Assembly: GCA_964188305.1 (NCBI GenBank)
Contig: OZ076888.1
From: Podarcis bocagei
Lineage: Eukaryota
Strand: one strand, 5' to 3'
Length of the DNA: 64,000 nucleotides
The translations under genes and the position numbers were made by a program. The number at the start of each line of letters is the position of its first letter. Positions within the stretch are counted from its first letter, which is position 1. The notes beneath the pieces were generated by a model. The model did no database searches. It was given only the letters and a program-made list of their open reading frames with translations, and was not told where the DNA came from. Of the stretch, positions 27,261-39,110 are shown piece by piece.

Positions 27261-29336
27261 GACTCCTGGGTAGTATGAAGAGTACAAGCAAGGGAGACAG
27301 CAGATTAACTGAGAACATGTCGGGTTTGTTCAGACCACATAGCAAGTCTGACTTGAAGCCTTTGATGGTGAAGTGAGGTGGAGTGGTGGTCAGGCCTACC
27401 AATGTTTCAACAGGATCTTATCATAGGTCATATCTGCATCATATATTTAAAACACATGACCTCCTAAACAAAAAAACAAAAAACAAAAAAACAATTCCTG
27501 AGATATATAGTTTAAAGGTGGTGGGAATTGTAGCTCTTTGAAGGGTAAACTACGGTTCCCAGTGATCTTTGTGGTTTAATTGCATTGTGTGGATATTATC
27601 CTAGATAGCAAAAATAACTAGGGTGGCACATAGCCTGAATTTCTGAAAGCCACCACTTCTGAGAACTCTGTATGGGTGCAGGAAGGCTAGAGCTTTCTTC
27701 CTGAATGTGTATGGGGAATGGTCTGTATGCCTGGCATGGCAACCCATTGAAGGCCATGCCAGCAATTCTATTAAGGCCTATACAGGTCCTTCTGGTCAAC
27801 ATGCCATTCCTTCCATCAGCCTCTGATCTGTGTGTGGTACACAGGCTGGATCTCTGCTTGATGGCCCCCAGGCTCAGGATAGGCCTGGGTCCTGACACAC
27901 GGTGTGTTTCCTTATGGAACGGTATGAGGGGAATGGAGGCAACACCCCTTCTACCCCCGCCATTGCTTAAGAAGAGCTTTCCGTGCAGCAGTGTGTGGAG
28001 TTAGCCCCAAACTCCAGTCTCTTTATCTTTCCTGACAAGCAGGAAGAATGAAGAAGATCAAAAGCAAATGAAAATCGATAGGATTAAGGTACTGAAATTC
28101 TTCTGTTTTGCCACAGGCTGTCACTCTAACTCCACGTCCTTTGCAGCTGGGCAAGATTTCTCTTTAGAGGAAACCAGATGAGAGAGGAAAGGCAGCCAGA
28201 CAAAGTAGTTCAGAAGTTTGCTCCTCCTTTTTTTGTTGCCTGTTTCTGAAATATAATCTCCCTGAAGATTTGTTTGGCAGTCGAAAGCCCCCCCCCCCCT
28301 CTCTTCAGAAGAAGAGTAAGGAACATTCATCTTGATAACACACATGCTGAGCTATAGGGAAGTAGCTTGGTTGTCGGGTTGAGTGCGGCCAAAAAAAATT
28401 AGAAGCAAATCTAACGACAGCTTTAATGTTGCTGGGTTTTGCATGTGCAGGCCATTTGTGCACCTGCACAAGTTTGGGGAGAGGGAGGGGAGTCTATTTG
28501 CACATTGAGAGTTGCTGAGTCCAGCTGGGCAAAAGCCAAACTCCACAGTGGACAAAGGATGAGGGTGCCTCAATCGAATCTTTCAGATGTTTCCATTGAC
28601 ACCAGCCAGAGATAAAAGCCCAGTACAAACACTCCTCCAGGCTTCAAGCGTCTTTGCATAGTCTGTTGATGCCTACGCTCTTCTCCCATGCAGATAATGT
28701 CTGCTAAGTTCCTGCCTGTGCGGCAAAAGCCTTCGCGTGTTGCAAGGAGTGGAGTCTCCAACCTCTCCTGCCGTGTGGAGGTACACCGCATGTGATTCCC
28801 ATGGCTGTAAATATTCGGTTCACATGGTGGTTCTCTTTCAATAAAGCAGGGAGGTGGTGCAGATTGGACACAACACTATGTTCACATTGGAGAGAGGTAC
28901 ACAGAGCCCTCTCCCATGTGAAAATCCTGGCTGCTACCCGAGTGAGCATTTGAAGCAGCATAACCAACATTTTTGCGCTAGCGAGAGGCTATGGCATGGG
29001 TGGGGTGGTCGGTCTTCTGCCAGCCTTTGAATAGTCAATGGGGATTGTTTTCTTGCTGTCCTTCCATTTCAAAAGCAGGCCAAGGCATACAGAGGGGGAA
29101 AGGAGGTGTGAATGGGAAGGCAAGAGATGAAAAGTGCCTTGTCAAAGGTCAGTGGGACAGATTCAGTGTCCTGGAAAGTGCGCATGCAGATGTCTTGGCC
29201 ACTGCTGGACAAAGCTGAATTTTCAAAGGCCCAATGTTTGTGGGTCGGACAGACTTAAACTATGATAATCATAAGTATACTTAGTACAAAGTGAAAGCTA
29301 TACATACCCCCTATTCTGTTTTTAGGGTTGTTTACT

Positions 29337-29691
29337 GGGATGCGGGTGGCGCTGTGGGTTAAACCACAGAGCCTAGGGCTTGCTGATCAGAAGGTTGGCG
29401 GTTCGAATCCCCGCAATGGGGTGAGCTCCCGTTGCTCGGTCCCTGCTCCTGCAAACCTAGCAGTTCGAAAGCACGTCAAAGTGCAAGTAGATCAATAGGT
29501 ACCGCTCCGGCAGGAAGGTAAACAGCGTTTCCGTGCACTGCTCTAGTTCACCAGAAGCGGCTTAGTCATGCTGGCCACATGACCCAGAAGCTGTACGCCG
29601 GCTCCCTCGGCCAATAAAGCGAGATGAGCGCTGCAATCCCAGAGTTAGCCACGACTGGACCTAATGGTCAGGGGTCCCTTTACCTTTACCT
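29337..29691 (+). mobile_element. Sauria SINE, full length
   Basis: gggatgcgggtggcgctgtggg head, B-box ggttcgaatcc, tail cctttacctttacc. Confidence 0.92.
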
Positions 29692-29748
29692 CCACCCGGT
29701 AAAGCTGTGGGCCACAGTCTAAGGCAAACAATCTCTAGGTTTTGTGGA

Positions 29749-29882
29749 GGGGCCATCTAGATAGAGGAGCTTGTGTCTTGAATATTGAATGCCTCAGGTT
29801 CAATCCCTTGCATCTCCAGGTAGGGATGAGAAAGGTTCCTGTTTAGCACCATGGAGAGAAACTACCACTCAGTGTAGACCAG
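29749..29882 (+). mobile_element. Old tRNA-derived SINE (other copies 32357-32518 + and 51820-51993 -)
   Basis: B-box caggttcaatccc followed by gcatctccaggtagg...ccactcagtgtagac, shared among three copies. Confidence 0.55.
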
Positions 29883-32800
29883 GGCTGGGGAAACCTGCCA
29901 CTCTCCAGATGTTGTTGGACTCCAGGCCCCAGCCAGCATGGCCAATAATGAAAAAAAACCAACTATCCTGGAATGTGGCAAATAACTGATAATCGCCTAG
30001 AAAGGCACCCTCTGCCCTGCAGAAGCCCACCACCATTTTTTACGTACACATGCTATTCCTAAATTTATTTGACCCTCCTAAAAAAACCCTAAAAGACTAG
30101 TGGGCAATCCTCCTGCAGCAAGGCTGTCTTACACAATGCATGGGGAGAGGTTATTGTGAAACACCTGGATCAGACTTAGCGCTGGGAATAAAATCTGAAT
30201 TGAAAAAATAAATAAATCTGGAGAGGAGTCTTCATCCAAGCCACATGGTCAGAAACTTAATAAGCTGCCTTTAAACTCGCCTTTTTCTGGGAAGCCTTTG
30301 GATCCACTCCCTAATCCCTATTGTAACCAAGCCAAAGTACATCTAATGGAAGTCATCTTCTTGTCTATTCATGACTTCATTCCTCCCTTCCTCTGCTGTT
30401 TTCCCATGTCGATTTTGGACTGTAAGACCCCTGGGGCAGGGAGCTGTCATACCTGTGCTTTGCAAAGTGCAATGTACACAGATCAAGCATGGTGAGCATT
30501 GATGAAATGCAGCCTTTGAAGCTCTCCTGAGGCCACAACCCTCCCTGGCCCTGCTTTCTACCCTACTTCAATGGTTTTTGTCTGGCTGGAATCGTGGAAT
30601 TGTAGAGTAGGAATGTGTCCTTGTCCTCTGCTAATGCCTCCTGCTTGCTTGCATGAATGGAGGAAGTGGCAAGCTGTACACAGCTGAATTTTGCATTTGT
30701 TGCTCCACCCACTTTTGCTTCTGGCCCCTTCCATGCTGGCAGGTGGCCCTAGAAGGTTTCCCAGGAGGGACTGTGGCCCTCTTGCTGAAAATGCTCCCCA
30801 TTTGTGACATAGATGGTGCTACATAAATAACAGCAATATGATAAAGACGATGCTGTCAAAACATCCTATCTGTATTTTAATTATTATTTAATTGGTTACT
30901 CACCATTTCCAACAAATCCAAACACTTGTGTGAAAGAAAAGTAGAGGGCAAGGCAAATTTGTCTGCTTTATAAGACACTGTAAATACAGTTTGCAAGGGA
31001 CACCGATGGGAAGATTTTTAGCAAACGAAATAAACTCACTTGAGTTCTGCAGCAAAAGGCCCATTTAGGTTTTCTTTCCAGATCACCTTAGGGTGGGAAA
31101 TACATTCACGTGGTATGGGAAATGTTTGTTGTTTCTAACCAGCTTCATCTCAACCAATCCACCTCCGCAAGCTCCAGTGTTCCCACAGATGTTTCTTGCT
31201 GGTCAAGAGGAAGCCACCCTAATTATGATCACAGCATTCTGTCTTTGTAAAAAATAATTATGAATATGAAGTGCGAAATTAATTTGTGTGAAAATGCTCC
31301 CGTGTGCCATGCAAGGCAGAATATTTCTTCAAGCAAACCAACTCAGGAGCGGGAGGATTAAAAAGGAAAGGAAGAAGCAACAGAAATTCTCGAATTATTA
31401 GAATTATTGTGGTGTTGTGAAAGAAAACCAGAAGACTAGGCTCGCGTCCATCCATAATGCTGGCTAGGAGCAGGCGCAATTATCATTATCTGCTGTGGAT
31501 GGCCGCCAGATGCTGTTGACTCCAACTCCCATCATACCTGCTCATCAGCCATGTTGGCTGAGGGTGATGGCATCTGGAGTACATCAATACCTGGAGTGCA
31601 CCACTTTGGTTAATCCTGATCTACTGCAGTGAAAGAAGCTCTATGTATACGCCTAGCAGAACAGAATGCTCATTACTGAGGTATCAACTGATACAGGACA
31701 GAACCAAATGCTGGTTCCCTGCTCTGAGTATCAGTTTGTGTGCTCAGTGTCTCCCAGATCAGAAGCAGCATCTGATCTTGAACTGTTTCTGGACCTCAGA
31801 GGTGTATCCCAGAACCCCTGTAATGCCATAAAGTAGTCTGAAGAGTGCTTTGTTCTAGTGAGGACCAAAAAAGTGCACAAAAAAGAAGGTCCATGCCAGA
31901 ATCATTTTGAAGAGTTAAGGGGAGTGGGTTGTGTACTCTCAGTGTGTGCAAAAGTTGGGACACTGGGCTGAATGCAACAAACTTGTTCCACTAGCAGAAA
32001 CCATTGCAAGGACTCTCACTAGTGCAATGGGGGGCATGCCTCCCCCAAATCTGCCATGGAGGGTCAGAAGAACTCCCAGAACAGTACAGGTGGGAGGGTG
32101 ATAGTATAATGTTCTGTTGGGCAAGCAGACATGCTTGTGCTGAGGGAACCATCTCCTTAGTTCCACACTGAATTCCACCCTCTGGAAGGCACACGCAAGA
32201 GTCATTCATAGTTCCACCAGAACTGAGCCCCAGTGCAGAAATTCATAATCTGTTGTGGCATTGCAATATTCTTTCCTCCAGGTTTCACCCATGAGGGCCA
32301 TCTCCTACCTTCCCCTCATGTTGAGAAACAACAAGGGCCACTGCCTTTATGAGAAAAGAACTATAGCTGAGTGGCAGAGCATGTGTTTTCCTTACCGAAG
32401 TTTCAGTTTTAAATCCCTGGCATCTCTAGTAAGGGATCTTAGGTAGCACACCTGGAGAAGAAATCTGCCTAAGACTTTGAAGAACTCTTACCCATTGGGG
32501 ACAATAATGGGCTAGAGTTGGGTAGCCAATGCGGTGCCATCCCGTTGTTGCCAGATCACAGCTCTGAATATCAGCCATGCTGGTTGAAGCTGATGGGAGT
32601 TGTAGTCAAACAACATCTGGACAACATGACATATGTGCTCATACAGTACATCTTTGGTTCACTTCAGCTGCAATCCTAGAATGGGGAGAGGCATGCAGGT
32701 GGGTCATTCATGTCTAACAACCTGCTGGGCTCTTGCCAGCAGGGTGGAAGTGAGGGTGGAGGAGTGCTTTGTGCTCTTCCATCCTTTTTTCCTGAAAGGG

Positions 32801-33204
32801 AAATAAATGAGATTGTCTTCTGCCAGCTCCAGGGTGTATGGGTGTTGGGAAACTGGGAAGTTATTGGATCTGTCAGATCTAAGCTTGCCCTGATCCTCCA
32901 CAGTATTGCCAACACACCCCTAACATGCCACCTTCTTGACTCTACTGACTTCAGAGCTTTAACATTGGTAGGGCCAGGGCTCTGGAAGTTGCTGTGGTGG
33001 TGGTAAGAGTTTATCTTACCTGATATCTCAATCTAACCTTGGAGAGGGAGAGCTAATGCATGCCATGGCCCCTTAGATGGCTTTCTAGGAACCATAAAAT
33101 AGGATAAGTTCCCAAGCAAGAAGCAGTGTTCAAGATCTACATGCATGATAGATTCCCTTTCCTTGCAATACACACCCCTTGCTGACTTCTGTCATCAAGC
33201 ATCA

Positions 33205-33287
33205 AGGTTTTAATGTATTTTTAATCTCTGTTGGAAGCGTCCCAGAGTGGCTGGGGAAACCCAGCCAGATGGGCAGGGCACAAATAA

Positions 33288-33334
<47 letters not shown>
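33205..33334 (+). mobile_element. L2 3' end with (TTA)n tail
   Basis: gttggaagc...ccagagtggctggggaaacccagccagatgggc followed by (TTA)n. Confidence 0.85.
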
Positions 33335-33335
<1 letters not shown>

Positions 33336-34423
33336 TTATATTTGCTGCTGAGATGTTTAGTTTGCTGGCTGACACTGTAGCTGAATCCCTTTGGGAGACT
33401 TTGCAGATTCTTCCCTCATTCCACAAACAGATTGATATCTGAATCATGCAGTTCAAAAAATTGCCCAAACCATTTAATTTAACCTGCTGCAGATTCCAGG
33501 GCTGGTTGGCAGGTGTCATTTAGAAAACTTTTCATGCATTGTGACAATCATTGACCACCTACCTGCTTATCCTTGCTTTATTTGACTTGTACATTGTAAA
33601 TTCTGTCTGTGCTTTGTCAGTATGTAAATGATAGTGTTATATTTCCGGCTGATTTTATTGTAAGGAGCGGCTCATAAAACAGTTTATTTGACTTGTTTAA
33701 ATGAGATATCAAAGGGCTTCCCAGTTACACATATTGTGATGGAGAAGTATAAATGATCACATGCAGATAGTAGAATTCTCATGTGCTCAAGAGGGTGAAT
33801 CTCCATGCATTGTTACACTTCCTTGCAAATTTGGATGATCTTTCTTTTGTTTTAAATTTTATTTTATTGAAGTAGGAGTACATACATTGCAAGATGAAAA
33901 AATCCGAGAACAAAATACAAAGGTGGATACAAGAGCATATAGCACACATAAATAAAGCCATAATCCCATAAAACATGAAGCAGATTACAGCTACTATCAC
34001 AAGGCAAGAAGAGCTGCCTTTCCAAGAGGAAAACTGAGATGAAGGAGGATGAATTCTTGCCTCCCACCTTTGTTGGTGAAAAACAGGGATGAGGAACCTT
34101 TTGCCCTGCTGGCGTTGTTGGACTACAATTTCCATCATCCTTGACCATTGGCTATGCTCTCTGGGGTGATGGGAGTTGGAATCCAACAACATCTGTAGGG
34201 CCACAGATATAACAACCTCTATGGAAAAGATTAACAGAACCCACATTTCAGAGATGGAATCTTGCCCTCCATACCTCTTGCCAGTTCACTCTGACACATT
34301 AACTTTTTAGACAATGCCAGAAACAACATCCTTGTGGATCAATTCTTGGGTTGACTGTACAGATTAACATGGTGAACAGTGTGTGATATAATCTCAGAAA
34401 CTGGTTCCCAGAATGTCTTAACA

Positions 34424-34767
34424 AGGAGCTTATCAGAGTTTGTAGGGCAGCAGTTGAAGAAGGAGCAAAAAGGGTTTTCTTGTGTGTGTGTGTGTGTGTG
34501 TTTCTTGTGGCTGATTAGCTCTTTTCCCTGTGTAAAGGTCAGAGGGGGCAGGGTTTCTGTTGAGGCAGGGGATTAGCTGTGGGAGGAGCTTATCAGAGTT
34601 TGTAGGGCAGCAGTTGAAGAAGGAGCAAAAAGGGTTTTCTTGTGTGTGTGTGTGTGTTTCTTGTGGCTGATTAGCTGTTTTCCCTGTGTAAAGGTCAGAG
34701 GGGGCAGGGTTTCTGTTGAGGCAGGGGATTAGCTGTGGGAGGAGCTTATCAGAGTTTGTAGGGCAGC
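34424..34767 (+). repeat. CR1 5'UTR tandem monomers (160 bp + 156 bp + 28-bp partial)
   Basis: aggagcttatcagagtttgtagggcagc starts at 34424, 34584 and 34740; units differ mainly in (GT)n length. Confidence 0.93.
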
Positions 34768-34945
34768 GGCGCGCGCCTAGTGGCGCGCGCAGTTATATCC
34801 ATCTTTTAGATTTAGGGGAGCTAGTCTCAAACGTTTGTTGGGGGAGACCTAGGTTTTTTTTTGTGTGGGCGAAGTTATTTGTCCTGTCTTCAAGCTTTTT
34901 ATGATGGAGGACCTCTGTAGCCACCCCCAACAACACGATCTCAAG

Positions 34946-35974
34946 ATGGAAGGGGAGGGAACAGCTGCAGTCACCTGCAATTCCTGCGCAATGTTTGCCA
35001 TCTTGCCAAAGGTTGCAGGCAGCTTCACCTGCAGCAATTGCATGTTGATTGCCCTTTTAAAAGACAAAGTCCAGCAACTGGAGGAACGTGTAGCTACGCT
35101 CCAAAGAATTAGAGAGCTGGAGCTCTTCTTGGAAGCAACAGAGCACACCGTCCCCACCAAGGAGGAGACAGGGGACTCCCCTGAGAAGGAGGCTAGTTCA
35201 TCAACACAGGAGCCAGATATATGGAGAAACGTGACTCAAAGAAGTAGGAGGCCCAGGGTTCACTCTGATTGTTTAGAAATACACAATCGCTTTGAGGTCC
35301 TCTCCCCTAGCATGGAAGACGAAGAGCAGACTCCATTTGAGGATCTCTCCCTCATTACAGTCGATCAGGTATATGAAGACGAGCAGCAAAGTCAGTCCTC
35401 AGGGAATGTGCAGGCGACCTTGGAACGGACAGCTCACGGAAGAACCCCGACCAAACCCAAGAGGAGGCGTGTAGTGGTGATAGGGGATTCCCTACTGAGG
35501 GGAACAGAAGCAGTGATCTGTGGGCCTGACAAGATGTCTCGGGAAGTGTGCTGTCTCCCCGGGGCTAAGATCCAAGATGTAACTGAACGACTGCAAGGAA
35601 TCATAAAACCCACTGACAAATACCCCTTCCTCTTGGTTCATGTGGGAACCAATGACACTGCAAGCAATAGCCTCCAGAAGATCAAAAGAGACTACGAGGC
35701 TCTCGGCAGGAAATTGAAGCAACTAAATGCACAAATTGTCATCTCGTCTGTCCTCCCAGTTGAACGACGTGGCCCAGGGAGAGAGGGGAAAATAGTGGAA
35801 GTGAACAGCTGGCTTCGCAAATGGTGTAAACAGGAACGGTTTGGATTCTTAGATCACGGACTGCAGTTTCTTGAAGATGGACTTCTGGCAAGTGATGGGC
35901 TGCACCTCACAACGGTTGGGAGGAATGTTTTTGCCAAAAATCTCAGAAACCTCATCAGGAGGGCTTTAAACTGA
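34946..35974 (+). CDS. CR1 ORF1p: CxxC-CxxC zinc finger, coiled coil, SGNH/GDSL esterase-like domain
   Basis: CNSC...CSNC; [22 protein letters not shown]; GDSLLRG, GTND and DGLH blocks. ATG at 34946 is in strong Kozak context (aagATGg); alternative ATG at 34901. Confidence 0.92.
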   Translation: MEGEGTAAVTCNSCAMFAILPKVAGSFTCSNCMLIALLKDKVQQLEERVATLQRIRELELFLEATEHTVPTKEETGDSPEKEASSSTQEPDIWRNVTQRSRRPRVHSDCLEIHNRFEVLSPSMEDEEQTPFEDLSLITVDQVYEDEQQSQSSGNVQATLERTAHGRTPTKPKRRRVVVIGDSLLRGTEAVICGPDKMSREVCCLPGAKIQDVTERLQGIIKPTDKYPFLLVHVGTNDTASNSLQKIKRDYEALGRKLKQLNAQIVISSVLPVERRGPGREGKIVEVNSWLRKWCKQERFGFLDHGLQFLEDGLLASDGLHLTTVGRNVFAKNLRNLIRRALN

Positions 35975-35979
35975 CTAAT

Positions 35980-38901
35980 GTGGGGGAGGGAGACAGTGCT
36001 CCTGAAGGTAGGAGTCTATCAATTAATGAAGATGATCATCCAAATGTCATAGACCAAATGGAGCAAACAGCACGCGGACCTACTGGTGGGAGGAAAAAAT
36101 CCTTAAATAAGAGACACGGGGGAATGATTAATGGACTTCAATGTCTGTACACTAATGCGCAAAGCATGGGAAATAAACAAGATGAGCTTGAGCTCTTGGT
36201 ACAGCAAACTAAATATGACATAATAGGCATCACTGAAACCTGGTGGGATAAGTCCCACGATTGGAATGTAATAATGGGGGGATACAATCTATTTCAGAGA
36301 AACAGACCAGACAAGAAAGGAGGAGGAGTGGCGTTATATGTCAGGGATGTGTATACCTGTGAAGAGATCCAAGATTTAGAACCTCAAAGCCAATGTGAGA
36401 GCATTTGGGTCAAAATTAATGGAGAGAAGAATAACAGAGACCTCATTGTGGGAGTTTACTATAGATCCCCAAGCCAAACGGAGGACATAGATGATGCCTT
36501 CCTGGAACAGATGGCCAAGCATGCAAAAGGAAGGGAGATAGTAGTAATGGGGGACTTCAACTACCCGGATATTTGTTGGACGTCAAACTCAGCCAAGAGC
36601 ATAAGGTCAAACAGATTCCTCACTGGCCTTGCAGACAACTTCATTGTCCAGAAAGTGGGAGAAGCAACAAGAGGAACAGCCATTTTAGATCTGGTCCTAA
36701 CCAATGTTGATGACCTGGTTAGTGGGGTAGAAGTGGAAGGATCATTAGGCACGAGTGATCATGCTCTTCTGAAGTTTACTATACAGCGGAAAGGAGCAGC
36801 CAAGCATACTAGGACTCAATTTCTTGACTTTAAGAAAGCCGACTTCATAAAACTTAGGGAAGTGCTGGGTGAGATCCCATGGACAGCAATACTAAAAGGA
36901 AAGGGAGTTCATGATGGCTGGGAGTTTGTTAAGAGGGAGATAGTAAAAGCACAACGTCAGGCAATACCAATGAGACGGAAACATGGAAGGTGCCTAAAGA
37001 AGCCAGGGTGGCTATCTAAAGAACTTTTAACTGAATTAAGATTAAAAAAGGATGTGTACAAAAAATGGAAAAGGGGGGAAACCACCAAAGAGGAATTCAA
37101 ACAAATAGCCAGCACGTGTAGACACAAAGTCAGAAAAGCTAAAGCACAGAATGAACTCAGGCTTGCTAGAGAGGTTAAAAGCAACAAAAAAGGCTTTTAT
37201 GGGTATGTTCGTAGCAAAAGGAAGAACAAAGAAACAGTGGGGTCACTCAGAGGAGAAGATGGTGAAATGCAAACAGGGGACACAGAAAGGGCTGAACTCC
37301 TCAATGCCTTCTTTGCCTCAGTCTTCTCCGATAAAGAAAACAATGCCCGACCTGAAGAATTTGGAGCAAATGATTCAGCAGAGGAAACACAGCCCAGAAT
37401 AACTAAGGAGACAGTACAAGAATATTTGGCTTGTTTAGATGTATTCAAGTCTCCAGGGCCAGATGAACTGCATCCAAGAGTATTAAAAGAACTGGCAGAT
37501 GTGATCTCAGAACCACTGGCAGTCATCTTTGAGAATTCCTGGAGAACAGGCGAAGTCCTGGCAGACTGGAGGAGGGCAAATGTTGTCCCTATTTTCAAAA
37601 AGGGGAAAAGAGAGGACCCAAATAATTACCGCCCAGTCAGTCTGACATCAATAGCAGGGAAGATTCTGGAGCAGATCATTAAGCAAACAGTCTGTGAGCA
37701 CCTAGAAAGGAATGCTGTGATCACCAATAGTCAGCATGGATTTCTGAAAAATAAGTCATGTCAGACTAACCTGATCTCATTTTTTGACAGAATTACAAGC
37801 CTGGTAGATGAAGGGAACTCAGTGGATATAGCCTACCTTGATTTCAGTAAGGCATTTGACAAGGTGCCCCATGATATTCTTGTAAAGAAGCTGGTAAAAT
37901 GCGGTCTTGACTATGCTACCACTCAGTGGATTTGTAACTGGCTGACTGACCGAACCCAAAGGGTGCTCATCAATGGTTCCTCTTCATCCTGGAGAAGAGT
38001 GACTACTGGGGTGCCACAGGGTTCTGTCTTGGGCCCGGTCTTATTTAACATCTTTATCAACGACTTGGATGATGGACTCAAGGGCATCCTGATCAAATTT
38101 GCAGATGACACCAAACTGGGAGGGGTGGCTAACACCCCAGAGGACAGGATCACACTTCAAAACGACCTTGACAGATTAGAGAACTGGGCAAAAACAAACA
38201 AAATGAATTTTAACAGGGAGAAATGTAAAGTATTGCACTTGGGCAAAAAAAATGAGAGGCACAAATACAAGATGGGGGACACCTGGCTTGAGAGCAGTAC
38301 ATGTGAAAAGGATCTAGGAGTCTTGGTTGACCACAAACTTGACATGAGCCAACAGTGTGACGCGGCAGCTAAAAAAGCCAATGCAATACTGGGCTGCATC
38401 AATAGGAGTATAGCATCTAGATCAAGGGAAGTAATAGTGCCACTGTATTCTGCTCTGGTCAGACCACACCTGGAGTACTGTGTCCAGTTCTGGGCACCAC
38501 AATTCAAGAAGGACACTGACAAACTGGAACGTGTCCAGAGGAGGGCAACCAAAATGGTCAAAGGCCTGGAAACGATGCCTTATGAGGAACGGCTAAGGGA
38601 GCTGGGCATGTTTAGCCTGGAGAAGAGGAGGTTAAGGGGTGATATGATAGCCATGTTCAAATATATAAAAGGATGTCACATAGAGGAGGGAGAAAGGTTG
38701 TTTTCTGCTGCTCCAGAGAAGCGGACACGGAGCAATGGATCCAAACTACAAGAAAGAAGATTCCACCTAAACATTAGGAAGAACTTCCTGACAGTAAGAG
38801 CTGTTCGACAGTGGAATTTGCTGCCAAGGAGTGTGGTGGAGTCTCCTACTTTGGAGGTCTTTAAGCAGAGGCTTGACAACCATATGTCAGGAGTGCTCTG
38901 A
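35980..38901 (+). CDS. CR1 ORF2p: APE endonuclease plus reverse transcriptase
   Basis: EN motifs YTNAQS, GITETW, GDFN, SDH; RT motifs [34 protein letters not shown]; no stops over 973 codons; true start uncertain. Confidence 0.96.
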   Translation: MGEGDSAPEGRSLSINEDDHPNVIDQMEQTARGPTGGRKKSLNKRHGGMINGLQCLYTNAQSMGNKQDELELLVQQTKYDIIGITETWWDKSHDWNVIMGGYNLFQRNRPDKKGGGVALYVRDVYTCEEIQDLEPQSQCESIWVKINGEKNNRDLIVGVYYRSPSQTEDIDDAFLEQMAKHAKGREIVVMGDFNYPDICWTSNSAKSIRSNRFLTGLADNFIVQKVGEATRGTAILDLVLTNVDDLVSGVEVEGSLGTSDHALLKFTIQRKGAAKHTRTQFLDFKKADFIKLREVLGEIPWTAILKGKGVHDGWEFVKREIVKAQRQAIPMRRKHGRCLKKPGWLSKELLTELRLKKDVYKKWKRGETTKEEFKQIASTCRHKVRKAKAQNELRLAREVKSNKKGFYGYVRSKRKNKETVGSLRGEDGEMQTGDTERAELLNAFFASVFSDKENNARPEEFGANDSAEETQPRITKETVQEYLACLDVFKSPGPDELHPRVLKELADVISEPLAVIFENSWRTGEVLADWRRANVVPIFKKGKREDPNNYRPVSLTSIAGKILEQIIKQTVCEHLERNAVITNSQHGFLKNKSCQTNLISFFDRITSLVDEGNSVDIAYLDFSKAFDKVPHDILVKKLVKCGLDYATTQWICNWLTDRTQRVLINGSSSSWRRVTTGVPQGSVLGPVLFNIFINDLDDGLKGILIKFADDTKLGGVANTPEDRITLQNDLDRLENWAKTNKMNFNREKCKVLHLGKKNERHKYKMGDTWLESSTCEKDLGVLVDHKLDMSQQCDAAAKKANAILGCINRSIASRSREVIVPLYSALVRPHLEYCVQFWAPQFKKDTDKLERVQRRATKMVKGLETMPYEERLRELGMFSLEKRRLRGDMIAMFKYIKGCHIEEGERLFSAAPEKRTRSNGSKLQERRFHLNIRKNFLTVRAVRQWNLLPRSVVESPTLEVFKQRLDNHMSGVL

Positions 38902-39110
38902 TGGTGTTTCCTGCTTGGCAGGGGGTTGGACTCGATGGCCCTTGTGGTCTCTTCCAACTCTATGATTCTATGATTCTATGATTCTATGATTCTATGTGCA
39001 TTTCAGAGACCGTTCTCCTTAGTGTCTCCTCAAGCACAAGAAAGACACTCATTGGCTAATGTGATGAAGGCAGATGGTGGTAAGGTGCCATCTATGTATG
39101 AAGTTGACTT

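Larger units (their letters stand above)
34424..38996 (+). mobile_element. Full-length, apparently intact CR1 LINE
   Basis: 5'UTR with tandem repeats, two uninterrupted ORFs, short 3'UTR and (ATTCTATG)4 tail; no TSD seen. Confidence 0.96.

Noticed and set aside
34424-34767. CRISPR-like repeat array
   Set aside because: Eukaryotic DNA; units are contiguous near-identical tandem copies without unique spacers
34865-34945. GTG-initiated N-terminal extension of CR1 ORF1 in the ORF track
   Set aside because: GTG starts are a bacterial-style call; ATG 34946 (or 34901) precedes the zinc finger
36561-38957. Several 60-134 aa antisense ORFs within CR1 ORF2
   Set aside because: Expected shadow frames of a long coding region; no motifs
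38986-39110. N-terminal 41 aa of the 861-aa ORF as a genuine part of the L1
   Set aside because: The TSD shows the L1 begins at 39111; the leader is CR1 tail plus host DNA
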